A stretch of 64,000 bases of DNA from assembly GCF_021869535.1 (NCBI RefSeq), contig NW_026262734.1, positions 59,272,001 to 59,336,000 on the forward strand, read 5' to 3'. Shown here one piece after another: positions 24,068 through 38,015 of the stretch. This DNA comes from Mytilus californianus (lineage: Eukaryota). Under the pieces are notes generated by a model. The model made no database searches. It had not been told where the DNA came from and worked only from the letters and a program-made list of their open reading frames with translations. The first letter of the stretch is position 1. Each line of letters starts with the position of its first letter. Both the position numbers and the translations under genes were made by a program.

Positions 24068-25307
24068 TCTTTTATAGTTATGTTAACAAAAATACCAATA
24101 TTCTTATCTAATCGTTTATATATATATAACTTTAAAAACTAAATCCTATGAAATAGGGAAATTACTAGATAACATGTTTTCGCAGAAAATCCGCTTAACC
24201 TGCTAATATTCATTTATTTTATTTTTTTAATGAAATAAAAGATTTATAGGGCGTATGTCTAACCTACTGGCACCACCTGGAACACATCAATTACGTTTCT
24301 CGTTTTAATCCCCGATTAGAATATACTTTCCATTCGGAGCACGTACTTATCATATTGCATTCTGTTTTGCACTACCAATATTATATAATAATAACATTCA
24401 AACAGCTTAAAGATTTTCGGTCATTAAGCAGTATTTAACGTTATTGTGTACTTTGTAAGGAAGTTGAAACTAGCGACATCACTTTTAAATGTTTTCTCTA
24501 TTTACGTTGGTATCAAATGTATAATGCTTTTTTAATGGGCAATAAAACATAAAAATGCATTTACAATTGACGGTTGGACAATATTCAAACTAGATGATCT
24601 CTTGTTCAGAAGGGAAACAAACATTTAGCCAAACTCGGACGTCTCACTGTGTATTGGAAATAAATTAGTTTCTAAGACATTAGTTAAGTAATGTCTCTAT
24701 TGTATTTTATATAGTTAACATTTCCATCTACCGTATTTTGTTATGAATAGTGTGGTAAGATTTCTAACTCATGGGTGAAACTCTGGCCCCAGAAACTGGA
24801 TACCAGTATTAAACAGCATATGAGTTCTGCCCGTTTTTAAGTTAGGATTAGTGTTGCTCACGTAAACGAAAAAAACTACAAATCATGGTAGAAAACACTT
24901 AGTGAAACGAATGTATATCTACAAAAATCGTTTCATATCTCTAATATTTAAATCTCGTGACGTCGGATGCTGCAACTTGATATCAATATTCAACACGATT
25001 GGATATTTTGTATCATACAAGGAAGGCAACCGTACAGAAAAAAGTTAAGGTACCAAAGCAATTTCATTTAGTCATTCCTGTGCATAAGAACAAAAATCGT
25101 TTGAGCTCCCTAAATTTGACGAAATACCGATGGAGATTAAATACTATAAACAAATATTATCAAATGAATAGAATACATTTCACGGACTTACTTTGATTGC
25201 TATAATGACACATTCCTGATTACAGTTTATTTTCAAGCGGTTTTATTAACATTTGGTAAAATGTGTATTTCCCCCGACTTTTTTTTCAAGAGGTTAGGTC
25301 AAACATA

Positions 25308-25807
25308 TACTAGTCAACAAAAGAAACGATACACAAGTTTGAACTAAAATTTATCATAAAATATAATAAATAGGAAACTCTTTTAAATTATCCAATGAAA
25401 AACATTCATTTACAAAGCAAATGCATATGATTAAAAGAATATGACCAAATTAGAAAGTTACAAAATATCGAGTTATTGAACACAGGGGTCAAATTTATTT
25501 TGCGGAAAATGATGACAAAAGTCGGCACTTAATTTCAAAGATGATAGGTAAGTGTTCAAATATCATCAAATGCATTGAAAATTTTAAGCAGACCATGTTA
25601 AAGTTTAAAAGTTTAAAGTTCTAACAACGATTTTTGAATTTTTGTGTGAAAATTTTTTTCGCGTTTTTGCCTTAAATCAATGGTTTTGATGAGAAAATAA
25701 CACTCTGTAAAAATTATACCAATAGGGCAATTATTTACCTCGGTACAGTGTATCCAATACGATGATATATGGAAAATACTTTGTATCGTTTCTTTTGTTG
25801 ACTAGTA
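25308..25807. mobile_element. Tc1/mariner-type MITE, 500 bp
   Basis: Perfect 26-bp TIRs TACTAGTCAACAAAAGAAACGATACA, with TA on both sides (25306-07, 25808-09). Confidence 0.92.
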
Positions 25808-26549
25808 TAGTTTAGGTTATTTGATTGCTGACTTTCTTTTCAAATCTGTCACTTTAGTGTATACTTGCGTTGTAATTAATGAATCTTGCTCAGTATGATT
25901 TCGTTTTATTATCCCAATACTTAAAGGAATGACAGAAAAGTCAACATGACAATGAAAGTATGAGTTAGAGGCACCAATCTTAGTATGAAATCATCACATG
26001 CATCAGTTTATTCCAAACGTAAATGGATGAAAGACATTGCTCACATATCATACCATAAAATAAGACTTTTGGAGATTTATTTAGTTGATTTTACTATTCC
26101 GGTAAATCATGCAAATACGCCATTTTACAAAATATGATTTTAAATTAAAATGTGAATCAATCATAGAACGTCACGTAAAAATAAAAAACTGTGAGCCTTG
26201 TATCTTTATTGAGTGTTTACAACCCTTAGGTCAGACAAACGTACTTACAATATTAAAGTGGATTTTTAAAAATAATTGTGAAGTTGTAACTTATATTTAG
26301 TTGTTAACACATGACGCACATGAATACCGCACATTAATAAGCACTTTTTCGTCTGAAAGGCTTCTTTTTTGTTGTTGTGCGTCTTATTTGTTTGTGTTTT
26401 TACATAATATTTCATTACATGTTGTTGTTTATATTTTTATGGATAAGCCTTTCACGTTTTCTGGTTTGGCATATGTTGTTTTATTCGGGTAAAATACATG
26501 ATTAAAACATGTAAAACGTATTCCTGGCTAGCCAACCAAACTTGAAGAT

Positions 26550-28178
26550 GATATTAGCACATATTTTATTCATTGTTATTGGAGAAAAGGATAAGAATAC
26601 ACTTAAATGAAAGCAAACAAAGGCACTTTCATCTTGTCTGTCCTTTGTTCTCAGTTTTAACCTAAAATATGACATATATTGTACTGTTTATTATTATACA
26701 TTATAAATGAAACACATGGTGATGTTTTCAACTATGAGGTTTTATAGTAAGCAAGGGAGAACTTGTAATCTTTTTATTACGCCATTATTTATCTTCATTT
26801 AATGACACCTTATTTTTAAATGACACCAGGTAAATGATAAACCTGACAGTTTACAACAAACTATCATTATACATATATATTTATGTTTAAATTTTAACAA
26901 ATCAAAAACATAATCCATCACTACTTTTATTGTTAATGACCGTACGATGTACATTGGTTATTTACGTTGCTGTCTCAATGTAATCCCCGATATAACTTTA
27001 TTTATATTTCTTTGTTATTATTTAATTTTTTATTACTTTGAACAATACAGTTCATCAGTATAGTATGCATAAATATAAAATTTACAAGTTGTATAGCGTT
27101 ACAAAACACATAAATAATAAACGTCAGAAATATTAGTAACATATTAAACAGTTTGTTAATTTCAGACTACATATTTTTTATATAAATATGTCTTAAATGT
27201 CGTTCCTGCACTCAAATGCATAGAGTAAGTACTTTCCAAAATTACAAAGATCCTTAGTGTTTTAAACAGAAGGTAATTATTAAAATCATGTAATGGGCTA
27301 TGTCAACTGAATACAAACGTATCAAGGACCTCACATAATCGAATAATAAGAAATTTTTTTGGGCTTAAGGTTATTTCTTATTTCGGAGAGGGTTCTAGTT
27401 TCGACGAAAGCACAAATAAATAAGACGTATTCTATCAGCACTTCTCTTGTTTTCGGTTAATACATATTACATCTTAATAAAACTTCGACTGAGCTTAGTA
27501 TGTATCATTTAGAAACAAATCATTTGAAGAATTCAATGCCACTGTTATAGATGCGAGAGGTTAAGCTAGCTACAAAAACAGGTTTAATTCACCAAATATT
27601 ACATAAGAAAGTGCCTGCACCAAGTCAGAATCATGACAGTTTGATTTCCTTGCATTCTGTTGATGTGTTTGGGCTTTTGATTTTGGCATTTTTAACGGAC
27701 TTTCCGTTTTAAATTTTCTTTGGAGTTCGGTATTTTGTTATCTTAATTTCTAAACATGTTCGTTGCTGAAATTAACGGGAAACTGCTTTTAATGAATGAC
27801 ATCATCTTTAACAGATACCAGTAGATGAAAAATTTCATTATTAATATATAGGTGGTATGCTTGATTTTTTTAAATTACAATTGAAATGGAGGCAGTCCTC
27901 GGCAATTATCTGAATGCATTGACAGGAAAAAATATGGTATGGTTGTTAAAGTATTAAGAAAATATTGAATACAGGACAATCAAACTTTGATAAAAAAAAA
28001 TCTTATGTGCACAAAATTATCTTAATATATATAAAAAGTAAAATTTCCTTGAGGTAAATTGTCTGTATTAAGAATAATTTGGAAAAGAAATAACGATATA
28101 CTTACCAAATCGGATACCAGATACTTCAGTATTGAAGATATCAGAAAAATACTCGATAGCATCTTACAAAAAAGACAT
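26550..28178 (-). pseudogene. WAP paralog B (pseudogene): broken signal exon, no WAP exon found
   Basis: Signal exon 28178-28106 aligns to gene A exon 1 but has 5-nt and 4-nt deletions (ATG TCT TTT TTG TAA). Intron 27745-27990 is homologous to 22065-22365, and 3' exon 26661-26550 to 19548-19440. Confidence 0.8.
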
Positions 28179-30124
28179 TCTGCTTTTGTTATGGTACTTG
28201 TACAACAAATGTAACAAACATAACAAGTTTCCTTTACGCTTGTTTTATATAATATACACAACTAAATCAGTCAAAACAGAAAAATTCCATAGAAAATATG
28301 TTTCCGGAAAATCCGGATTTGGTTAACCTGCTTGTATGACATTCATGTATCTTATTTTTTTCATGTACGTATAGATTAATCGGCTGTTGTCAACACTATG
28401 GAACAAACCAATAAAACAAGTTTTATTTGTTTTTCTTGTGTTTCCCCGAAGAAGAAAAAGACTTTACATTTAACACGTATGGTGAAGAAACTCTCCCTTT
28501 TTATTCATACAGTTCAATAGAACTTCCATCTTTTTCATTTTGTGGTTAAAAAAAATTCAAGAAAAGGTCAAAGGTCTAGGTCAAAACTGATCATTGACAT
28601 TTTGTCTAAAATATGTTCTAATTGTCATTACTAGACACTCCATGTAAATTACTAACTGTTTTCGAGTTATATATTCATTTGAAACGTGTTATTCTAATAT
28701 AATTAAGTAAATCAAATCCAAAGTTGTTTTGGAGAACGATGCGGCCAATTTCATTAGAAAACGCGGCGGAAAGGGAAGAAAAATAATAAAAAACCATAGT
28801 AAGAACTTAGGAAACACAACATGTCTCAAGACTTATTTACGCTATCATCAATTTAATCAAAAGAGATTTAATTCATTACCGAAAAATATAAAAAAAAAAA
28901 CAACACACTATAAATGTAACGCATCAAAGCGCTTTTCTGGATTTACCTTCTGCAGGAACGTTCAAAACCAAGTATCTAAATTTCAAAGCAAAGGATTATA
29001 AGAACGGAACAGTTGAAGGCTTTTATGACTAAAACAAAACTGCCCAATTTATACTTACCATAAATTCTACGCATGCAACATTCTATGTAAACCATCTGGA
29101 GCACATAATTATGTGAATTGAATATATTGCACTACCAATATTTCATGATGAAAATATCTTATCTGCTTAAATATCTTCGTTCATTGAGTAGTATATGTAT
29201 TCAACAGTGCAATTTACTTTTTTAATGACGTTTGAACTCATTGTGTTGTTTTTTTTTTTTTTTTTTTTTTTATTTTGTATTTACAATGTATCGAACGATT
29301 TTTCCTTTTGAAATCGGCGATAATAGAATTTCACCAGCCTTGTAGTTAACACTTCTGAAATGAATTATCATTGAAATGGGCATAACAAGTATTTTCTGTT
29401 TACAAAACTTTGAAATTTTTTTGGAAAACCATAAGGAATTTTGGGTCCTCAATATTTTTCCACTTTGTTTACTATGTTGGCCTATTTTAACGTTTTCGAT
29501 TCCAACTATACGGATGAGTCTTTCTGTAGATGAAACGTGCGTGTGGTGTACACAATTGAATTCCTTGTATCTGTAATGAGTTAATTGTGAAAACCAAATA
29601 TTCTAACATGCCCTATCACATCCATTACTTATACATGTTATAATGATCGTCTTGTTCTTGATGAGTAATCGATAAATTTGGAAAATTGGTATTTTTAAAT
29701 GATGTATGCTCTAATGAGTAGCAAGTATAAAGTTTTACTTTCCGTTTGTACGCTTGTTAGGATTATTGAATATAGGTCAACAATCCAAAAACCATTAAAA
29801 AATGTTGTTATTTGTAATTTTAAAAGTTTCTATTTATCAATATTATCATTTAAGACAGTTCTGTTATAACATTATCTTACCTCATGCATAGGTAATTGTA
29901 GATTGATGTCTAATCCGAATTGTATTCTAGTTCACAAGACTCAAACGAACATACATTATTCGTACAATAAAACTCAAAACATGTATAAGAAATGAGCTCT
30001 CCATGTAAGAGTAGCATACTTTATCACCCAATGTTTAATATGACTCAAAACAGTTTTGTTTTTCTTTCCAAGCACACTACGACTATTCTCAATCGTTACT
30101 AAAGTATATATCAAACAATCATAC

Positions 30125-30250
30125 AGATAAGACTCGATCACAGCCATCCATTAAAACAAACAAATTTTACACTATTCTACAAACCTACTTAACACAGACA
30201 ATGCTGTAGTAAGGATTACTTTCAGTATGCTACTCAGTATTACAGGTATT
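30125..30250 (-). pseudogene. Degenerate WAP exon remnant C
   Basis: ATTTGTTTGTTTTAATGGATGGCTGTGATCGAG resembles gene D AGTTGTTGTTTTAATGGCTGCGGTCATGA with small insertions. GCATACTGAAAGTAATCC resembles gene A GCAGACTGAAATGTCC. Confidence 0.45.
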
Positions 30251-31980
30251 CTAAAACAGTTGTAGTATAAGAAAGAATAATCATGAATTTGCCCTCTTAG
30301 ATTAGACATTGGGTTATTTTTAGACATGGTACATGTATTTCTAATCTGCTATGGTATTTGCTAGCAAATACCCCGGCACATGGAATTCCTGAATGACAAA
30401 TTCACCGGCAGAGAAAATTAAATCTGAATACATAGAAAATTGATGAAAATAGAATTTCTCTTACTCAATCAAAATACAGCAAAATACAGCATTATTACAT
30501 AAGGTGGAATCATCTTAAAACACACTAAATGTTGATACATTATACTGTTTCCCTGCAATTTTGTCTTATTATGACCGTTTGTAGTATGATATAATGTTAG
30601 ATAAGTAGACAATTTTGTTTAGTTGAAATGGCAGCAGGAGAAGTATATTAAGAACTTTTCTTCTGAAATACAATAATGCTACTTATCACTCGAAAAACAA
30701 AAAATCAAAGCAATTATTGAAAAGTATTCAGATTTCTTAACAATCGAAAATATTTGCCCTGACTAGGAACTAAATGTTTTGAACTAACTTCTATGGCAAA
30801 TATTGAAAAAAGTATATATTTTCAATAACAGATGAAAACCATTCTATGCTCCATTACAAAGATCACAACGAATTTTTAAACATGTTAAAGGTGTTGAAAA
30901 CTCAAAACATTTATTGTGTTGTTAACAAATGCAAAGAATTTGGTTTTTTTTTTTGTTTTTTGTTTATTTGTTTTTTGTTTTTGTTTTTGTTTTTGGTTAC
31001 TTTGGATTCTTTAAATGAACTAAATATGTACTCTAAAATCCTGCGATTTGTTAATTTGTTGCTTTGACCTTTAGGTGGTGCAAAAATAAATGTCGTATTT
31101 GTAAATATTTAAATTACGCATTAAAAGAGTGATTATTCTTAAATTTATCTCATGATTGGAAAATTTATTGACCTATGGTAATAGGAAAATGAATAATGAA
31201 CCCCCAGGTAATTTTATTAAAGTGTTCGACGTGTAATAAACAAGTACACTTGTCGTTACACCACTGTTGCAGGTTTAGGAGGTTGCAGCCAACGAACTTG
31301 TTAAACCCCGCTACATTCTGTGTGTGCCTATCCCAAGTCAGAAACCTGTTGTTCGGGGGTTGTCATTTGTTGCTGTGTTTTAATTTGTAAAATGTCAAAA
31401 ATAGGGAAACAGCAGTCAACATTGTGCTATAATCTTAATCACTCTATAAAAAAAAATATGTCAACGACGATGCCGCAAAGTAATGAATTATATTTCGTCA
31501 AATAAGATTTTTTGAAGACACTGGGTTAGACAGTAGTCTGTTACTCTGTTTGTATAGAATTTTATTTATGCCCATACACATAGAGTTTTTTTTTATATTG
31601 ACACCAGTAAAATGACGCAATGTTTAGGCTATCAATTTTATTAAAAAACAAAACGTATCAATTTTCTTCCACAAAGATTGGTTCATGTTGTTTTCATCTT
31701 AAAATCTTGAAAGCTTTGATAATTAAAACAGTAATTTACTGAACTGAGGTCTTCATGACATTTTCGTAGCGAGATATCAAACAAATACAATGTACTTCCT
31801 TATATATGGCGGTTTGCTGTCCACCCTGTGTTTGCAACTATGACCTACAAAATATATTATATGTACCGATAAAAATAAATAACTAAACATTATCGAACTT
31901 TAATATACTAAAACGTGCTATATAAAAGATAATTATGAAAAAAAATATTTTAGTAGTATTTTTCAAAGGATATAAATAAA

Positions 31981-32530
31981 AAAGTATTTGATTCTACCTG
32001 ATTTCAAAGTAATTGATTTTACATAATGTCAAAGTAATTGATTTTTGCATGATGTCAAAGTAATTGATTTTACATGATGTCAAAGTAATTGATTTAAATA
32101 ATGTGAGAGTAATTGATTTTATATGACGTGAAAGTATTTGATTTAACATGATGTCAAAGTAATTGATTTTACATGATCTCAAAGTAATTGATTTAACATG
32201 ATGGAACATTAATTGATTTTACATGATCTCAAAGTAATTGATTTTTCATGATCTCAAAGTATTTGATTTTACATGATGTCAAAGTAATTGATTTTACATG
32301 ATCTCAAAGTAATTGATTTAACATGATGTAACATTAATTGATTTTACATGATCTTAAAGTAATTGATTGTTCATGATCTCAAAGTAATTGATTTAACATG
32401 ATGTAAAATTAATTGATTTTACATGATCTCAAAGTAATTGATTTAACATGATGTAACATTAATTGATTTTACATGACGTGAAAGTATTTCATTCAACATG
32501 ATGTCAAAGTATTTGATTTAACATGATGTT
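31981..32530. repeat. 25-bp minisatellite, about 22 copies
   Basis: Consensus AAAGTAATTGATTTTACATGATGTC, head-to-tail with no spacers; includes a 24-bp variant. Confidence 0.95.
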
Positions 32531-32769
32531 ATTTTACGCCAGATTGAATATGTGACTGTGTCATTTAATACTAAGTAGCATACGAGTCACATGATAAATA
32601 ATTACTGTTATATGAGAATTTGCAATTATTACTATAGTAGTCTTAAAATTGAATGACCAAAAAAAAAAGTATGTTTATATCAAACATCACATTACAAAAT
32701 TTTGAAAATTATTTGTAGAACAATTCATCAGTTATTGCAGAGAAACGACAACAAAGTTCCCTTTTCCTA

Positions 32770-32935
32770 TCAGTCAAGAACTATAACTCTTAAATGGCCT
32801 ATGAAAAAAATCGTCAGTATCCAATTTGACCTCCACTGTGTCAGTATCATCATCAGCAACAACATATTCAAGTTTAAAAAAAACTGTTCATCAGGGAGCG
32901 GATGGAAACAACTTCCAGTTAAATAAAGATCACGA
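32770..32935 (-). other. Candidate phase-2 exon downstream of WAP gene D
   Basis: Acceptor TTTCACTTTTGTCGATCAG at 32936. Open to TGA 32770 as written; with one extra T in the T8 run it reads RDLYLTGSCFHPLPDEQFFFKLEYVVADDDTDTVEVKLDTDDFFHRPFKSYSS. Confidence 0.3.
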
Positions 32936-34497
32936 CTGATCGACAAAAGTGAAACTCGCTAATTTCGAACTAAACCTCTATCAAGTTATTAATAACATTA
33001 TTTGTTCAAGATACCAGTTTTACAAAACAGGTATTGCATTTCAATACATATTTTTTTTTTGAATAAAAATTATCTATTTCAGCAATTAAACAATAGTTTA
33101 TGATTAAATATGATATTCTTGCAAATAAATGATAAAGTTGCAGTTATGTTTGATACTCTTTTATTTATTATGTATTAATCACAATTTTTTGGGTAGAGTG
33201 TAAACAACTTTGCCATTATACATACAACATGTACAAAGCATAATGATTCATTAAAAATCAACGTTTGTTTATAGTTTTTCATTACGCAAAATAATTTTAG
33301 AATGTACCATTGAAAAGACAATATAGGGGGCAATGTAGGTATATACAAATGCAACAAATGGTAAATTCGCCATTTTCGAACCTAAGCCATACTGTGTGAA
33401 TTTTTTCTAAAGCCTGCAACAATTTTTTTTGATTGGTTCGGTGGTTCAAACGTCCAACATGATGAAAATTCGACCACAAAATGATGTTTTTTTCAGAAGG
33501 TGGTACAGAGAATGAATGCAACTGTAGTCATGTAGATTCTGAAACGACGATTTGTGATACAAACTTAAAAAAAACACACACACAAAGACAAACCTGATGT
33601 AAAAATTCCATCAAATGCAAAAAAAAACAGCGGTCAAATTTTAAATAAAAAAACAATGGTCAAACATTAAAGAAAAACAATCAAAAGGCACAAAGACATT
33701 TTTTTCACAACTATTACTTTAAATATTTAAATGTATATGAACAATCGATTAAAGATAGTCAACTGACAAATACAAACGGCATCGATACCTAGTTAAACAG
33801 TCATAAAATAAAAACGAGTTTATTTCTGTTTATTACGGTCCTTCCTCGCAAGTTCCATCTTTCTGTTGGAATTAGTTCGATGTCGTGCATATGGAACAAG
33901 CTAAACCGTTGTAAGGCATTCATCTCTAATTTAATTTCCAGTATGTTGAAAATTGTAAAAAGAGTTAGGGCGATTCCAAAGGATATTTAACTCATCAATC
34001 GTTACTGACAACGTCATGTCAAATATGGAGAGTAACCAATTTACAAAATACTATATAAAAATTTTAAAGCTGAGCAACATGAACTACATCACAGATTGTG
34101 GGTTATCTCAGATACTTCGAATGCTTATACGGATTTTTTTCCACTAGTGCCAACCGTCATCATGCTCATGAAAAAAATATCGGTGAGGTGAATCAACGGT
34201 GATGTGAATCATAAGTATAAGAGTTATTAAGAACATAAACACATTCAAGACAATCAAACGTTATTTATTAATCAGCTTAAGAGATCAATAAATATGTAAA
34301 ACCATTGCTGAAGATACATAGTTCGTTCATTCAATTAAATAATTAACTGTAATATGTGTAAAACAGTATGTTTGTTGCAAGAATCACCAAATCGACGTTA
34401 ATTGACTTATTTTTTTCTTAATTATTGTATTAATATTTACATCAAGACAATTGTACATGTTTGTATTACAAATTGTAAAGTGAATCTTTAACATAAC

Positions 34498-35083
34498 TTA
34501 CCATATTTCAAAGCACGTTTTAACTTTCTTTTTACAATCATGACCGCAGCCATTAAAACAACAACTTTTTCCAGAGCCACAACCAGCGCTTGGACACTTT
34601 TTACCACATGGACCGATTCCAATACCAGGTGTTCTAGGACACACCATTACGCATCCTTTAAGAAAAACATAATTGGAAGCATCTGTTAAGTATACGTCAA
34701 TGAAAAAGTAATGCTTTACAGTACAAAATATAGGAGTGGAAATAGACTTTTCCAGTACAATAGGAATATTCCTCGAATGATCAAATTGACAGGGACAAAA
34801 ATATGCAATGAGTTCTTCCTACTGATAGTTTTTCAACACATGGTGTATATCTTATGGTCATCGCTTATGTTTTGTCGCAAAAGTTATATACTAGAAAAAT
34901 AAGGTTTTGTAACTGATGTAAAAAGTTATGGAAAAATATAAAATGTTTTTTTTTTCTTTAATTTTTTGGTAACATGCACACACGCACAAACCAAAACATA
35001 AACTTACGTCGACCGTTGACCTCTATGTTGACAAATGATAAAAGACAAAAGCTACACAAAATAAGTCCATTCAATTTCGACAT
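34498..35083 (-). CDS. WAP gene D: secreted cationic single-WAP peptide, 86 aa
   Basis: Exons 35083-35008 (signal, GTAAGT donor, phase 1) and 34682-34498: MSKLNGLILCSFCLLSFVNIEVNG-RHASNYVFLKGCVMVCPRTPGIGIGPCGKKCPSAGCGSGKSCCFNGCGHDCKKKVKTCFEIW. A GTAAGT donor overlaps the end (TG|GTAAGT at 34502/34501). AATAAA at ~33820. Confidence 0.9.
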
Positions 35084-35128
35084 GGTGTCGTTGCTTTTGT
35101 AATTGTTAATCTGACTGCTAACTGGTAG

Positions 35129-35136
35129 TTTATATA
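35129..35136 (-). promoter_or_regulatory. TATA box of WAP gene D
   Basis: TATATAAA 46 nt upstream of the ATG at 35083. Similar TATA boxes precede copies A, B and E. Confidence 0.55.
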
Positions 35137-37915
35137 ATACATGGACCAACAAATTACAAAACATAAAATCAGGGAAAGAATCCCCTCATCTCCGATGACG
35201 AACAAGTTTTTCCAAGAATAATAATATTCATAAATTTATATGTAAGCATCAATATAAATATCTAACCTGACATATTCGTACCAGCTGGTGTTATGACATG
35301 TGACCATTTTACTTTACAAACTTGGACCATTATATTAAACTATTAATTGTATGTGTTTTCCAACGATTTTCTCTTTAAACATGTTAAAAAAGCTAATACG
35401 TATCTTATATGAATCCGGACTTAAATAGAACAAGAGTGTCAACAATGTTATCATTTACAAGATCATTGATATCCGCCTAAATATAAAACTGTTATATATT
35501 ACCACATTTTCATACATGGTCAAAGCTCCTGGGATGATAACCGTGTTATATGTTCTTAGGTCATTGCCAAAATATATATTAACTGGCAGTATTATGCTAG
35601 AACAATTTGAGGAAGATGCACCTTTAAAAAAAACATGAATGCACTAAATTTCTAAATTTAAGAATGATTTAAGTATACACAACTTCAAGCATACATAAAT
35701 AATTAAACCTGAATTAAACAAAATCGATGTACCTCTTTTGATGTTATGGAGTATACGTATCGTTCATATAATGACTTATGTCTTGAAATACTAAGGTATT
35801 ACTACCTCAGACATAAATGGCCTAAATCGGATTCGGCGAAAACTTTTTTCCAAAATACTTTGGATTGGTCACCACAGTAAAGGTATAACTGGGAAATTGC
35901 GTCAATTTATATTTGCTTTAAGAAAACATAACATTATATCTGAAGACAAATTTTCTCAATCAGTATTAATTTTGTGTTCTATGATCGTCATATTTTTTCC
36001 TTCAAGGTTAATCTGAATACTTTGTTTAAAAACCATAACACCATCCCCTCCCCCGTCAGAAATAACTGGTCGTTCCCTTTTGTTGTTCGAAAATAAGGGA
36101 AGGGATATATACTAAACGGACATTCAAACTACAAAATGTAAGTCTCAATATTGTATCACGCAAATAAACTTGGTCGAACTAACATGCTAGAACCCAAAGG
36201 TAACACTCGATAAGTAAATAATATCATCCTAGTATCTGAAACTCTTAGATCTGTCCAATATGCGTTTATATATCAAAAGAGAGATGTGGAATGATTGCCA
36301 ATGAGACCAATATCAACCAGGGAGTTAAATATATTACGCCAATATAATATGATGTATAAAAAGGTACACGTAGATCACCCTTGTTGTAATACATTAACCA
36401 AAAATCGCTTTGCAATAAAAACAAAATTTACAACCAGCTAAAATGTCTACTTTTTCTTATGTTTGCGGGATGCAGAAAAGCCTTATGTTTCCTCGTATAG
36501 TCATGGGTGTGTTCCATACTCTTTGTTCTAAAGCCTTCCTCGTTAAGGAGTTACTTGCATTTTCTGATCGAACTTGAATTTGTATATTGATAGGAACTCT
36601 GATTATCTTCACATTGGATAATGACTTTAAAATTTATCGTGACAGTTAATGAAATAATTGTTTTTTTGTCATTTTTCCAAGATACAGTTCTTCTTTCTTT
36701 GGGCACATTGTAAACACTTTCTTCCCAAGCTTTATCTTTGAATTGAATAATAAAGGTCTGCTTTTATGACAACAACTTAAGATTCGTATCTGTCCTCATC
36801 CCCTGAATTTATCTTAAATAAATAAGAAAACATCGATATGTTTTTACCTTTAACATGTTTAACCAGCAATGATAATTATGATCATGTCGTCATATTACAA
36901 TTTTCTTTTAATTCTCCTTTGCTATATATTGGACCGACTATCTGTTGAGTCTTTATCCGTTCAATGCATTAAAAGCTAGACCATCGTTTTTTTTTGTTTT
37001 TTTTTTTTTTGTGTGTCCGTCTGTAACATGGTTAAATATGTCTAGATGGTTTTACAATAGATATTTTGGGACCCTTTATAGCTTGTTGTTCGGTGTGAGC
37101 TAAGGCTCCGTGTTGAAAACCGTACTTTTACTTATAGTGGTTTACTTTTACAAATTGTGACTTGGATGAAAAGGTTTTTCATGTGCACTCATCATACCAC
37201 ATCCTCTTTTATTTAGACTTATCCCTCTGTCAATCAACTCTAATTCAGTTTGTGTATTTACTGATTATTCGTGGGATCGAAAAAAGTGCTGTGCTTAGAC
37301 TGAAGGATACCCAATTTCTTCTTTTTTTTTTTCTCTTATGTATGTGTTCGGTTGATTCATCATGTTCTTACAATAAATTTATATATGATTTTTTAACTTC
37401 AAAAGAAAATTCGCAAACATTAAACATAGTTATATATCGATAAGATATACATTTGAAACCATAAAAATGTAGTACAGTAAGAATGAGTCTAATTAAATCG
37501 TAAAATTTGTAAACATTCAATGCGTTTTTCATCGGACCGATGTATACTTAAAACAGTTAAAAAAATTGTGTCCAACAACACGGTGACGGCATAACTTAAC
37601 TGTGATCTGAAATTCGTCGATTTCATTGAGGGAATGAAGGAGAACGCAAACAAAAGTTGTAAGTCAGATTACTTATTCAAAACCATGTCTATCGAACTAT
37701 AAAAATGCATATGAGACAACATTTTATATGAAACAAAACTAATTTAATTTGGGAAATTCATTACTATGTAACGGATCATTTGGTTTAATTATCATGTTTA
37801 TATCTTCTTTTTTACTTTGTCATTGATACATAATCTGATGACCTAATTACATAATGTGTGCCTAACAGAAACATATTCACACACCAAAAAAAATCACACG
37901 AGATCTTACACTTAC

Positions 37916-38015
37916 TTTATATTTGGTCACTGAAACTGAAGACAAATAGAATGCAAAAACTGTACAGGTACAGTATCAATTACATCAATGTTGCTACATT
38001 CTTGTCGTTTATATA
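37916..38015 (-). pseudogene. Degenerate signal-peptide exon E with TATA box
   Basis: TATATAAA at 38015-38008, then LILYLYSFCILFVFSFSDQI* (compare gene D LILCSFCLLSFVN) and a GTAAGT donor at 37915-37910. No usable ATG. Confidence 0.4.

Noticed and set aside
29058-29165. Minus-strand exon-like block with a GTAAGT donor
   Set aside because: Stops in all frames, and it shares GCACTACCAATAT with the upstream non-coding region of gene A, so it is more likely duplicated flank.
31981-32530. 25-bp repeat array as a CRISPR array; ORF 31994..32209
   Set aside because: Units abut with no unique spacers, there are no cas genes and the context is eukaryotic. The ORF is just translated repeat.
36150-36275. 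TATA followed by a short ORF as another WAP signal exon
   Set aside because: The hydrophobic core is poor and there is no GT donor; similarity to gene D is too slight to support.
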